A stretch of DNA of 64,000 bases from an uncultured Actinomycetota bacterium (GTDB taxonomy: Bacteria > Actinomycetota > Actinomycetes > Streptosporangiales > Streptosporangiaceae), in NCBI GenBank assembly GCA_963759545.1, contig CAVXAB010000015.1:45055-109054 (forward strand), given 5' to 3'. The position numbers and the translations under genes were made by a program. A model generated the notes under the pieces. It made no database searches and was not told where the DNA came from. It worked only from the letters and a program-made list of their open reading frames with translations. Each line of letters starts with the position of its first letter. Position 1 is the first letter of the stretch. Below are positions 51,733 to 60,638 of this stretch, piece after piece.

Positions 51733-51748
51733 CACTTAACCGGTATAG
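51733..51748 (+). promoter_or_regulatory. Candidate LacI operator upstream of the sugar ABC operon
   Basis: CACTTAACCGGTATAG. Confidence 0.7.
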
Positions 51749-51965
51749 CCCACCTGTTCAGCGGCGGCATCGGGACGGACGGGACGAAATGGTCTTTCAG
51801 TCCGAAACGGTGACGTCGCACCTAGAACGGACAAAACGCCCCAGGTGGGGGTACCGTCTCGGGGGCGGTCGGCGCGCTGCATTGGCGCGACCGACGTCTC
51901 TACCCCTTGATGGTGTCGGCTCCCGGGGTCATCGCAGGACTTTGCTAGTGAGGAGGCAGGAGCAG

Positions 51966-53760
51966 GTGAGAACTACAAGGAGTAGGACGGGCAGGCGGTG
52001 GCGGTATGGGACCGCCGCCGTTGCCGTGCTCACGCTCGGTGTCGCGAGCGCGTGCAGCAATAGTTCGTCGAGTAGCCCGGCGGCGACGGGTTCGTCGTCA
52101 GCGTCGGCATCGGCATCGGGGGCAGCCGGCAGCGGCGGGACCCTCAGTTTCCCGAGGGCCGAGACGCTGTACACCAGCGGCACGGCCTACGGGCCGCCGG
52201 TGAACTGGAACCCGCTCGACACCGGTGCGTTCGCGACCGGTACGCAGGGGCTCATCTACGAGCCGCTGTACCTGTACGACCCGATCAAGGGCCAGTACGA
52301 GCCGTGGCTCGCCACCGGCGCTGAGGCGTCCGGCTGGCAGGGCAGCACGTACGTGATCAACGTGCGTCAGGGCGTCAAGTGGAGCGACGGGCAGGCGATG
52401 ACCGCCGCCGACGTCGCCTACTCGATCAACCTGGCGCGCACCAACACGGCCGACCCGTACTCGGCCAACGTCGCCACGGTCGAGAACGCGGTCGCCAGCG
52501 GCAACACGGTCACCGTGACCTTCAAGGGCACGCCCGGCTACACCGAGTTCACCGACTACCTGTGGAAGGCCCCCGTCCTCCCGCAGCACATCTGGTCCAA
52601 GATCCCGGCCAGCAAGATCGCGACCGACGCCAACACCCACCCCGTTGGCACCGGCCCGATGACCCTGGACACCGCCAACACCCAGGAAGTCGCCTACCAG
52701 ACCAAGTCGGACTGGTGGGGCACCGCCGCGCTCGGCCTCTCGTTCAAGTTCAAGTACCTCGTCGACATGGTCAACAGCTCCAACAGCCAGGAGCTCGGCC
52801 AGCTCACCGCGGGCAACATCGACTGGTCGAACAACTACCTGCCGGGCATCAACATGCTCACCCAGGCGCAGGGCGGCAACGGCGGTTACACGCTCAAGTT
52901 CTACGGGAACGCCGCGTCGCATTACATGCTGTCGGGCAACACGGTGTGGCTCGAGCCGAACACCACCAAGGCCCCGATGAACAACGTCAACTTCCGCAAG
53001 GCGCTGGCCGCCGCGCTGAACCCGTCGGCGATCGCTCAGGCGGTCTACGGCGGCATCGCGTCGCCGTCCACCCCGACGGGCCTGCTGCCCACGCTGAACG
53101 GCTTCATCGACCAGTCCGTGGTCAGCCAGAACGCCACCACCTACAACCCGGCCAAGGCCAAGCAGCTGCTTGCCGCGTCCGGCTACAACGGCCGCACCCT
53201 CACCCTCGAGGCCCCGCAGGGCTGGTCCGACTGGAACAGCGCGCAGACGGTCATCGCGCAGGAGCTGAACGCGGTCGGCATCAAGGTGCAGGTCACCGAG
53301 CCGTCGTTCAACCAGCGCACGGCTAACATCACCAACGGCACCTACGACCTGGCGCTGGACAACAACGCTGGCCTGGACTCTTCACCGTGGTCCTACTTCC
53401 AGCGCGTCTACCAGCTTCCGATCCAGAAGGAGCAGTCCGCCCAGCTCAACTGGGAGCGGATCAGCTCGCCGGCGGACTGGAACCTGGTGCAGCAGGCGGC
53501 CGCTACCTCGCCGTCCGACACCGCCAAGCTGAACCAGATCTACTCCACGCTGGAGAAGGACTTCCTGCAGGCGCAGCCGGAGATCCCGCTCTGGTACAAC
53601 GGCATCTGGTTCCAGGGCAACACCCAGTACTGGTCCAAGCTTCCCGTCGAGCACGAGCAGCAACGACCAGAACATCCCGGCCATGTGGAACGGCTACATC
53701 GGCGCCATGACCACGGTCCCGGCGCTGGCGCAGCTCACTCCGGTCAAGCAGTCGAGCTGA
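51966..53760 (+). CDS. Family 5 oligosaccharide-binding lipoprotein with a +1 frameshift at 53637-53638
   Basis: Lipobox VASAC; FPRAETLYTSGTAYGPPVNWNP. Removing one A restores YWSSFPS...PAMWNG...VKQSS* ending at 53760. Confidence 0.85.
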
Positions 53761-53803
53761 CAAGCATCGGCTACCGATCGCATTAACCACTAGCGGTCCT
53801 CGA

Positions 53804-53847
53804 ACGACCCGCTCCCCGGCCCTGTACCGGGCCGGGGAGCGGGTCGT
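53804..53847 (+). other. Perfect 19-bp stem-loop between the SBP and permease genes
   Basis: ACGACCCGCTCCCCGGCCC-TGTACC-GGGCCGGGGAGCGGGTCGT. Confidence 0.8.
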
Positions 53848-53886
53848 GAGGGCCGTTGAACCACATCCGGGAGCTGGAGCCAGGCA

Positions 53887-54882
53887 GTGCGGCGATATCT
53901 GACAAGGAAAATCATTACGTACGCGTTGGCGTTCTTCATCGGCGTCACCGTTGACTGGGCGCTCCCGCACTTCATGCCGGGCGACCCGATCCAGGGAATG
54001 CTCGCCAAGTACAACGTTTCGAACACCGCGGGATACCAGGCGCTCTACGCGCAGTTCCAGGCGTCCTACGGCCTCAACGTGTCGCTGTGGCAGCAGTACC
54101 TGAACTTCTGGCACGGCGTGCTGACCGGCGACTTCGGGCAAAGCATCTTCGCCCAGGGGGCCACGGTCAGGTCGCTCATCTTCTCGGCGATGCCGTACAC
54201 GCTCGCCCTGCTCGTCCCGGCCGTGCTGCTCTCCTACGTCCTGGGGAACCGGCTGGGCGCGGCGGCGGCACGCCGCAAGCTGCTCGACAACTCCGTCCTG
54301 CCGCTCGGCTACGGCCTGCAGGCGATCCCCTACCCGTGGCTCGCCTTGGTGGTCGTCTACCTGTTCGGCCCGCTGTGGCACCTGTTCCCGACGTCCGGCG
54401 GCTACGACGAAGGGCTCGTTCCGCACTTCGACTGGGCGTTCATCTCCTCCGCGCTCGACCACTGGTTCCTGCCGTTCCTCACCGTGTTCCTGGTGAGCCT
54501 CGGCGGCTGGGCGATCGGCATGCGGAACCTGGTCATCTACGAGCTTGAGAACGACTCCTCCCGCTACCTGCGCGCCCTCGGCTCCAGCGAGCGGGTGGTC
54601 CGCAGGTACGCGTACCGGAACGCGTCGCTGCCCCAGCTCTCCGGGCTCGCGCTCTCGCTCGGCGTGATCATCGGCGGCAACATCGTCACCGAGGTCGCCT
54701 TCCAGTACCCCGGCCTCGGCAACCTGATCTTCAAGGCGATCGGTGCCCAGGACTACTTCCTGCTGCAGGGCATCTTCATCTTCATCGTCATCGGTGTCCT
54801 GCTCGCGAACTTCATCATTGACCTGGTGTTCCTCTCGGTTGACCCGAGGACGCGGCTGAGCATGCAGGGGGCCACGGCATGA
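53887..54882 (+). CDS. Opp-type ABC permease (B subunit)
   Basis: MPGDP, QQYLNF, GDFGQS, YAYRNA, EVAFQYPGLG, QDYFLLQG. Confidence 0.92.
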   Translation: MRRYLTRKIITYALAFFIGVTVDWALPHFMPGDPIQGMLAKYNVSNTAGYQALYAQFQASYGLNVSLWQQYLNFWHGVLTGDFGQSIFAQGATVRSLIFSAMPYTLALLVPAVLLSYVLGNRLGAAAARRKLLDNSVLPLGYGLQAIPYPWLALVVVYLFGPLWHLFPTSGGYDEGLVPHFDWAFISSALDHWFLPFLTVFLVSLGGWAIGMRNLVIYELENDSSRYLRALGSSERVVRRYAYRNASLPQLSGLALSLGVIIGGNIVTEVAFQYPGLGNLIFKAIGAQDYFLLQGIFIFIVIGVLLANFIIDLVFLSVDPRTRLSMQGATA

Positions 54883-55811
54883 GCGAGTCCATCAGCCAAG
54901 CGCCGGCTCCGGAGGTCGCCACCACCGGTCTGCCGGGTGGACCGGCCAGGGTGGCGGCCGCGCCACCTAAGCGCAACGAGTTCATCTACTACGGGCTGCG
55001 GAACCCGAAGCTGCTCTTTGGCCTCACCGTGGAGGTCCTCCTCGTCCTGGCGGCGATCATCGCACCGTTCTTCGCCAAGTACGCGCCGCTGGCAACCACC
55101 AACATGGCTGTGCAGCACCCGGGCAGCACCTTCTGGCTAGGGACCGACCTCAACGGCTACGACATGTACTCGCAGCTCACCTACGGCCTGCGTGAGTCCT
55201 ATCTGATCGGCGCGCTCGGCGCCTTGTTCGCCACCATCGTCGGCCTGGTGATCGGCTTCCTCGCTGGCTGGCGCGGCGGCTGGCTGGACGAGATCCTGCA
55301 GCTCATCACCAACGTCTTGGTGATGATCCCCAGCCTCGTGCTGCTCATCGTGATCGGTTCCTACCTGACCTCGCGGAGCGTCCTGTTCGAGGGCACGTTC
55401 ATCGGCCTGACGACCTGGCCGTGGGTGGCCAGGGCGGTCAGGGCACAGACGTTCTCGCTGCGCAGCCGCGAGTACGTCGACCTGGCCCGGCTGTCAGGGA
55501 AGCGGCCGGTGTCGATCGTCGTCAAGGAAATCGCGCCGAACATGGCGTCTTACCTGTTCCTCGTCATCATCCTGCTGTTCGGCAGCTCCATGCTGATCGC
55601 GGCCAGCTACGACTTCCTCGGGCTCGGCCCGAGCCAGACGGTCTCGCTCGGCTACATGATGAACCAGGCAGCGAGCAACTCCGCGCTCTTCTATCACATG
55701 TGGTGGGTGTTTATCCCGCCGGGTGCGGTGCTGACCCTGATGGTCTTCGCGCTGCTGATCGCGAACGTCGGCCTCGACGAGGTCTTCAACCCGAAGCTGA
55801 GGGAGCAATGA
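54879..55811 (+). CDS. Opp-type ABC permease (C subunit)
   Basis: FWLGTDLNGYD, REYVDLARLSG, EIAPN, DFLGLG, DEVFNPKLR. Confidence 0.92.
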   Translation: MSESISQAPAPEVATTGLPGGPARVAAAPPKRNEFIYYGLRNPKLLFGLTVEVLLVLAAIIAPFFAKYAPLATTNMAVQHPGSTFWLGTDLNGYDMYSQLTYGLRESYLIGALGALFATIVGLVIGFLAGWRGGWLDEILQLITNVLVMIPSLVLLIVIGSYLTSRSVLFEGTFIGLTTWPWVARAVRAQTFSLRSREYVDLARLSGKRPVSIVVKEIAPNMASYLFLVIILLFGSSMLIAASYDFLGLGPSQTVSLGYMMNQAASNSALFYHMWWVFIPPGAVLTLMVFALLIANVGLDEVFNPKLREQ

Positions 55812-56818
55812 GCGTTAGCGTTGAGAAGCTCTCCGTGGCGTACCGCAGCCACCGCGGTGACGTGACCGCTGTCGACAACGTCAGCTTCTCCCTGGCCGAC
55901 GGTGAGATCATGGGCCTGGCGGGCGAGTCGGGCAGCGGCAAGTCCACCCTGGGGAATGCCCTGGTCTACCTGGACGCACGGATGAAGACGACGGGCGGCA
56001 AGGTCGCCGTGGATGGCAGGGAACTGCCGATCGCGGACAACAACGCCATGCGCCGCCGCCGGATGACCGAGGTCTCCCTCGTCCCGCAGTACGCGATGTC
56101 CGCGCTCACCCCGACGCGGAAGATCGGCAAGCTGATCAGCGACCTGCTCAAGTCGCACCACGTCAAGGACAAAGACGCGGTCTACACCGAGCTGAGGCGC
56201 CGCCTTGAGCTGATTGGCCTGAAGGAGGACGTTCTCAGCAAGTACTCGTTCGAGTTGTCCGGCGGCATGCGGCAGCGGGTGACGATCATCATGTCCACGC
56301 TGCTGAACCCGTCGCTGCTTGTCGCCGACGAGGTGACGTCCGCGCTCGACGTGTCCACCCAGCGTGCGGTCGGCGAGATGCTGGTAGAGTTTCGCGACCG
56401 CGGCTACATCAAGTCGGCCATTACGATCACCCACGACCTGTCGATCCTGGCGCAGATCGCCGACTCCATCGCGATCATGTACGCGGGCCGGCTGGCGGAG
56501 CGGGCACCGACGTCAGTGCTGGTGGACAGCCCGCTGCACCCCTACACCCAGGCGCTGCTCGCCTCGCTGCCCGAGGTGGGGGTGCGGCACGACCAGGTGA
56601 CGCTGACCGGAATACCTGGCCGCCCGCCGTCGCTGGTGAACCCGCCGTCCGGCTGCCGCTTCCGCGAGCGGTGCCCGTTCGCGTTCGCGAAGTGCACGGA
56701 GACCCCGCCGTTCGAGGAGATCAAGCCGGGCCACCTGGTCGCGTGCTGGAAGGTCAGCCAGGAGCAAGCCGAGACGGCCGCGACCGCACCGGGACTGCCC
56801 CTGAAGGAGCAGGTATGA
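55808..56818 (+). CDS. Opp-type ABC ATPase (D subunit)
   Basis: [38 protein letters not shown]. Confidence 0.92.
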   Translation: MSVSVEKLSVAYRSHRGDVTAVDNVSFSLADGEIMGLAGESGSGKSTLGNALVYLDARMKTTGGKVAVDGRELPIADNNAMRRRRMTEVSLVPQYAMSALTPTRKIGKLISDLLKSHHVKDKDAVYTELRRRLELIGLKEDVLSKYSFELSGGMRQRVTIIMSTLLNPSLLVADEVTSALDVSTQRAVGEMLVEFRDRGYIKSAITITHDLSILAQIADSIAIMYAGRLAERAPTSVLVDSPLHPYTQALLASLPEVGVRHDQVTLTGIPGRPPSLVNPPSGCRFRERCPFAFAKCTETPPFEEIKPGHLVACWKVSQEQAETAATAPGLPLKEQV

Positions 56819-57867
56819 CGACGCTAAAGCTCGACCAGGTTTCCAAGCTCTACCCGTCGACCACCCGGGGCGGGGGGCTCACCCCGGCGCTGCGCAAGGT
56901 CAGCTTCGAGCTGAAGCCGGGCGAGGTCATCTCGCTGATCGGCGAGTCGGGCAGCGGCAAGACCACGATCGGCAAGATCCTGCTCCGGCTGACCAAGCCC
57001 ACCTCGGGCACGGTGACCTTCGACGGCAAGGACATCGCGTCCTACACCTCGCGCGGCCTGAAGGACTACTACCGGAAGGTGCAGGGCGTCTTCCAGGACC
57101 CGTTCAGCTCCTACAACCCGGTCTACCGCGCGGACCGGGTCTTTGACCTAGTGCGCTCGTCGTACTTCCCGCAGGTCAGCGACAAGGAGTGGTCGGCCAA
57201 GATCGAGGCCGCGCTTGACGCGGTCGCGCTGAACCCAGGAGACGTGCTCGGCAAGTACCCGCACCAGCTGTCCGGCGGGCAGCAGCAGCGGCTGCTCATC
57301 GCCCGCGCGCTGCTGCTGGACGTGAAGGTGCTCATCGCCGACGAGATCATCTCCATGCTGGACGCGTCGACGCGGGTGGACGTGCTGAACCTGCTGGTCA
57401 AGCTCAAGCGGCAGGGGCTGGCGATCCTGTTCATCACCCACGACCTGTCGCTCGGCAACTACGTGTCGGACCGGACGATCATCTTGCGGCACGGCGCGAT
57501 CGTGGAAATGGGCGCGACGGGGAAGATCTTCGGCAACCCGCAGCACGATTACACGAAGATGCTGCTCACGGCGGTACCGGAGCTGCACAAGAAGTGGCAG
57601 CACGTCCCGCTCGACCCGGACTTGGCTTCCGCCAACGGCGCGACCGCGGCCATGGCCAGCCCGAACGGCAAGGCGGCCACGGCGCTCGCGCACGCCAGCA
57701 TGCTCGACGAGATCACCCACGGGGAGCAGGTGGTGAAGCGCGACCTGCGCGCGGTGTTCGGCGGCGGGCGGGCCGTGGCAAGCGGCAAGTCCCAGGTGGC
57801 GGTGGCCCTCGAGCCGCCTGTCCTGCACGAGTTCGAACCCGACCACCTGGTAGCGGAGCCTGAGTAA
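56815..57867 (+). CDS. Opp-type ABC ATPase (F subunit) with atypical C-terminal extension
   Basis: [33 protein letters not shown]. Confidence 0.9.
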   Translation: MTTLKLDQVSKLYPSTTRGGGLTPALRKVSFELKPGEVISLIGESGSGKTTIGKILLRLTKPTSGTVTFDGKDIASYTSRGLKDYYRKVQGVFQDPFSSYNPVYRADRVFDLVRSSYFPQVSDKEWSAKIEAALDAVALNPGDVLGKYPHQLSGGQQQRLLIARALLLDVKVLIADEIISMLDASTRVDVLNLLVKLKRQGLAILFITHDLSLGNYVSDRTIILRHGAIVEMGATGKIFGNPQHDYTKMLLTAVPELHKKWQHVPLDPDLASANGATAAMASPNGKAATALAHASMLDEITHGEQVVKRDLRAVFGGGRAVASGKSQVAVALEPPVLHEFEPDHLVAEPE

Positions 57868-58045
57868 CCCGTGTTCTGGTTCCTTCAGGCGGACGGTCCT
57901 CGGGTAACGGGGCCGGAGCGGGGCGGCGGGCGCACCCCCGCCGCCCCGCTCCTCCGGTAACAAGGTTCGGGTTGGTTCGCTCTGGGACGCGGGATTCGAT
58001 ACACTACATCGGCGCGGTCAGGTAGCTCCGAAGCCGTGTGACCAG

Positions 58046-58117
58046 TGGGGTATAGGGTAATTGGCAGCCCGACAGATTCTGGCTCTGTTAGTCTAGGTTC
58101 GAGTCCTGGTACCCCAG
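58046..58117 (+). tRNA. tRNA-Gln (anticodon CTG), CCA not encoded
   Basis: Acceptor TGGGGTA/TACCCCA, anticodon arm ACAGA-TTCTGGC-TCTGT, T-arm CTAGG-TTCGAGT-CCTGG. Confidence 0.97.
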
Positions 58118-58126
58118 CAAAACTCA

Positions 58127-58170
58127 GGCGACCCAAGTGCTGCGAGACAGCACCGGGTCGTCTCTTTTTT
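58127..58170 (+). terminator. Intrinsic terminator after tRNA-Gln
   Basis: GGCGACCC..GTGCTG / CAGCAC..GGGTCGTC stem followed by TCTTTTTT. Confidence 0.8.
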
Positions 58171-58213
58171 GTTCATGAGGTCTCCGGCGACTCGGCGTCT
58201 AGCCTGGCCCGGG

Positions 58214-58597
58214 CTACCCGCCAGCCCGCGGCGGGACAACAGCGCGGGAAGCGTCACCGCGGGCGGGCGTGACATGGCGCTCGCCCCACGCGCGTAGCGC
58301 GCCGAGGACCGGAGTGAGTTCCCGGCCGGCGTCGGTGAGCAGGTACTCATCGCGCGGCGGGTGGTCGCAGTACCGGCGGCGCTCGATGACGCCGGCCTCC
58401 TCGAGCTTGCGTAGCCGTAGCGCAAGGGTCTCCCGCGGTGCGCCGGTATTCACCTGGATGTCCTTGAACCGGTGCACGCCGAAACCGATCTCCCGCAGGA
58501 CGAGCAGGCTCCAGCGTTCCCCGACGACCTCCAGCGCGTCGGCGATGGAGCAGACCCGGGGACGCCCGAGATTAGACGGTTCGCTTTTCTGACTCAC
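58214..58597 (-). CDS. HxlR-family winged-helix regulator
   Basis: CSIADALEVVGERWSLLVLRE, RLRKLEEAGVIERR, EYLLTDAGREL. Confidence 0.92.
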   Translation of the reverse strand: MSQKSEPSNLGRPRVCSIADALEVVGERWSLLVLREIGFGVHRFKDIQVNTGAPRETLALRLRKLEEAGVIERRRYCDHPPRDEYLLTDAGRELTPVLGALRAWGERHVTPARGDASRAVVPPRAGG

Positions 58598-58696
58598 ATT
58601 GCTATGATAGCCCTTGCTGGTGAGTTCAGAAATCGAACTTACCTAACCCCGGGCGATCGCACCCCGCGAGAGCCCTGAGCGAGCAAGGAGCAGCGA

Positions 58697-59452
58697 ATGT
58701 CCTCAATCCTGATCACCGGAGCATCCAAGGGCATCGGCCGGGCCGCCGCCGTCGAGCTAGCCCGGCGCGGCCACCGCGTCATCGCCACCGCGCGCGACCC
58801 GCGCGCCCTGAGCGGCCTCGACGTCGACCAGCGGCTGCGCCTGGACGTAACCGACCAGGCCAGCGTCGACGCCGCCGTTGCGCAGGCCGGCGAGATCGAT
58901 GTCCTCATCTCGAACGCAGGCGTCATCTTCCGCGCGGCGGTCGAGGCCAGCCCGGTCGCCGAGATCGAGCGCCTCTACGCGCAGAACACCGCCGGCGCGA
59001 TCCGCGTTACCCAGGCCGTCCTGCCGCAGATGCGCGAGCGCAAAAGCGGGCGGCTGGTCTTCGTCTCCAGCGTCGGCGGGCGGACCGTGTTCCCGGGGAA
59101 CGCCGCCTACGCGGCCACGAAGTGGGCCCTTGAGGCCTTCGCGGAGGCGCTCGCCATGGAACTCGCCGACTTCGGTATCGACGTCACCCTCGCTGAGCCT
59201 GGCCCGGTCAGCTCTGGCGCCCTGGACGACCCGCTCGCCTACCGCCTGCCCGATGACCCGTACGCGTTCCTGTTCGCATCGGGCGGCATCCCCGCGGCGA
59301 CGATGATCAGTTCAGAGGAGGTCGCCGCGGCCCTCGCGGACCTCGCGGAGCGCCCCGCCGTCCCGCTTCGGGTACCCATCGGGTCGGTGGCCGAGAAGGT
59401 GCTCGCCGCCCGGGACGCCGCTCCCTACGACCGGCCCTTCGTCCGTTCCTAA
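58697..59452 (+). CDS. Short-chain dehydrogenase/reductase
   Basis: ITGASKGIG, SNAG, VSS, YAATK. Confidence 0.93.
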   Translation: MSSILITGASKGIGRAAAVELARRGHRVIATARDPRALSGLDVDQRLRLDVTDQASVDAAVAQAGEIDVLISNAGVIFRAAVEASPVAEIERLYAQNTAGAIRVTQAVLPQMRERKSGRLVFVSSVGGRTVFPGNAAYAATKWALEAFAEALAMELADFGIDVTLAEPGPVSSGALDDPLAYRLPDDPYAFLFASGGIPAATMISSEEVAAALADLAERPAVPLRVPIGSVAEKVLAARDAAPYDRPFVRS

Positions 59453-59541
59453 CCGTGGCCGGCCTCATGCCCCGCGGTCGCGTCCGCCGTCGCCCCGCTT
59501 CGCGGGGCGACGGCGCGGGTATCAGGTGCATCGTGGGTCAC

Positions 59542-60270
59542 GTGCTTGTACAAGCTGCTCTTAACGGCGGGACGACGCGGGCTGCGCATCCCGCCGTGCC
59601 GCTCACTCCCGCTGAACTCGCCGCGGATGCGCGGGCCGCCGCCCGGGCCGGGGCCGGGGCGTTTCACGTGCATCCGCGGGACGAGTCCGGGGCGCAGACG
59701 CTTGAGGCGGAGCATGTGCTCGCCGCGGTGGCGGCGGTTCGCGGTGCAACGGGATTGCCGGTTGGGGTGACCACCGGGATCTGGACGGTGGACGGGGACG
59801 TTCAGCGGCGGCTGGCTCTCGTCCAACGATGGACAGGCCAGGACCGCCCGGACTACGCCTCGATCAACATGAACGAGCCGGGCATCGAGGAACTAGCCGA
59901 CCTGCTCGCCAGCCTGGGCATCGGGATCGAGGCGGGTGTCTGGACGGCCGCTGACGCCCGGGTGCTCGGGGCGAGCGGCTTCAGTGACCGGCTCGTGCGG
60001 GTGCTCATGGAACCAGAGGGACTTACGTCCGCCGAGGCCGTCACGTCCGCCGGCGCGGCCGCGGCGGAGCTGTCCAGGATGGGCATCGTCGCTCGTCAGG
60101 TACGCCACGGGTATGACCTCGCGACCTGGGACGTGCTCCGCGCCGCCGTCGCGGACGGCCAGGACATCCGGATCGGCCTTGAGGACACGACGGTGCTGCC
60201 TGACGGCTCGCCCGCGTCAGGGAACGCCGACCTGGTCGCGGCGGCCGCCCGCCTAGCCTCAGAATCCTGA
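59542..60270 (+). CDS. Beta-keto acid cleavage enzyme (BKACE/DUF849) family protein
   Basis: VQAALNG, AFHVHPRD, PDYASIN, IRIGLED. Start at 59533 or 59542. Confidence 0.88.
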   Translation: MLVQAALNGGTTRAAHPAVPLTPAELAADARAAARAGAGAFHVHPRDESGAQTLEAEHVLAAVAAVRGATGLPVGVTTGIWTVDGDVQRRLALVQRWTGQDRPDYASINMNEPGIEELADLLASLGIGIEAGVWTAADARVLGASGFSDRLVRVLMEPEGLTSAEAVTSAGAAAAELSRMGIVARQVRHGYDLATWDVLRAAVADGQDIRIGLEDTTVLPDGSPASGNADLVAAAARLASES

Positions 60271-60372
60271 CCTGACCAAGGCTGCTAGCTGCGGAAATGG
60301 CCCGTGTTGGCTCCACTCACCCAGAGGCGGTATGGTGTACCTCGCCGGGGATGCGGAACCCCCGGCGACTTC

Positions 60373-60445
60373 GGCCCCGTCGTCTAGAGGCCTAGGACGT
60401 CGCCCTCTCAAGGCGGTAACGCCGGTTCGAATCCGGTCGGGGCTA
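60373..60445 (+). tRNA. tRNA-Glu (anticodon CTC), CCA not encoded
   Basis: Acceptor GGCCCCG/CGGGGCT, anticodon loop CTCTCAA, T-arm GCCGG-TTCGAAT-CCGGT. Confidence 0.97.
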
Positions 60446-60452
60446 CATCGGC

Positions 60453-60493
60453 ACGAGGCCCCTGCCCGCGGAAAGCGCGGGCAGGGGCCTCGT
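60453..60493 (+). terminator. Perfect 18-bp hairpin after tRNA-Glu
   Basis: ACGAGGCCCCTGCCCGCG-GAAAG-CGCGGGCAGGGGCCTCGT. Confidence 0.65.
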
Positions 60494-60502
60494 AGCTTTA
60501 CA

Positions 60503-60620
60503 CCGGGGGGACGACCCCCCGGACCCCCCGGTGCGGGGCTTCGCCCCGCGAGAGGGTGGGCTTCGCCCCGCGGGGAGTGGGTGGCTTCGCCCCGCGAGGG
60601 GTGGGCTTCGCCCCGCGGGT
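60503..60620 (+). repeat. F1 REP followed by four tandem GGCTTCGCCCCGCG units
   Basis: CCGGGGGG-ACGA-CCCCCCGG-ACCCCCCGG, then repeated TTCG-loop units. Confidence 0.8.
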
Positions 60621-60638
60621 GCCGGTGCCGTCCTGAAC

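Noticed and set aside
58046-60445. att-site duplications of the tRNA 3' ends marking an integrated element
   Set aside because: I found no second copy of either tRNA 3' end by eye; a formal alignment would be needed to exclude short degenerate copies.
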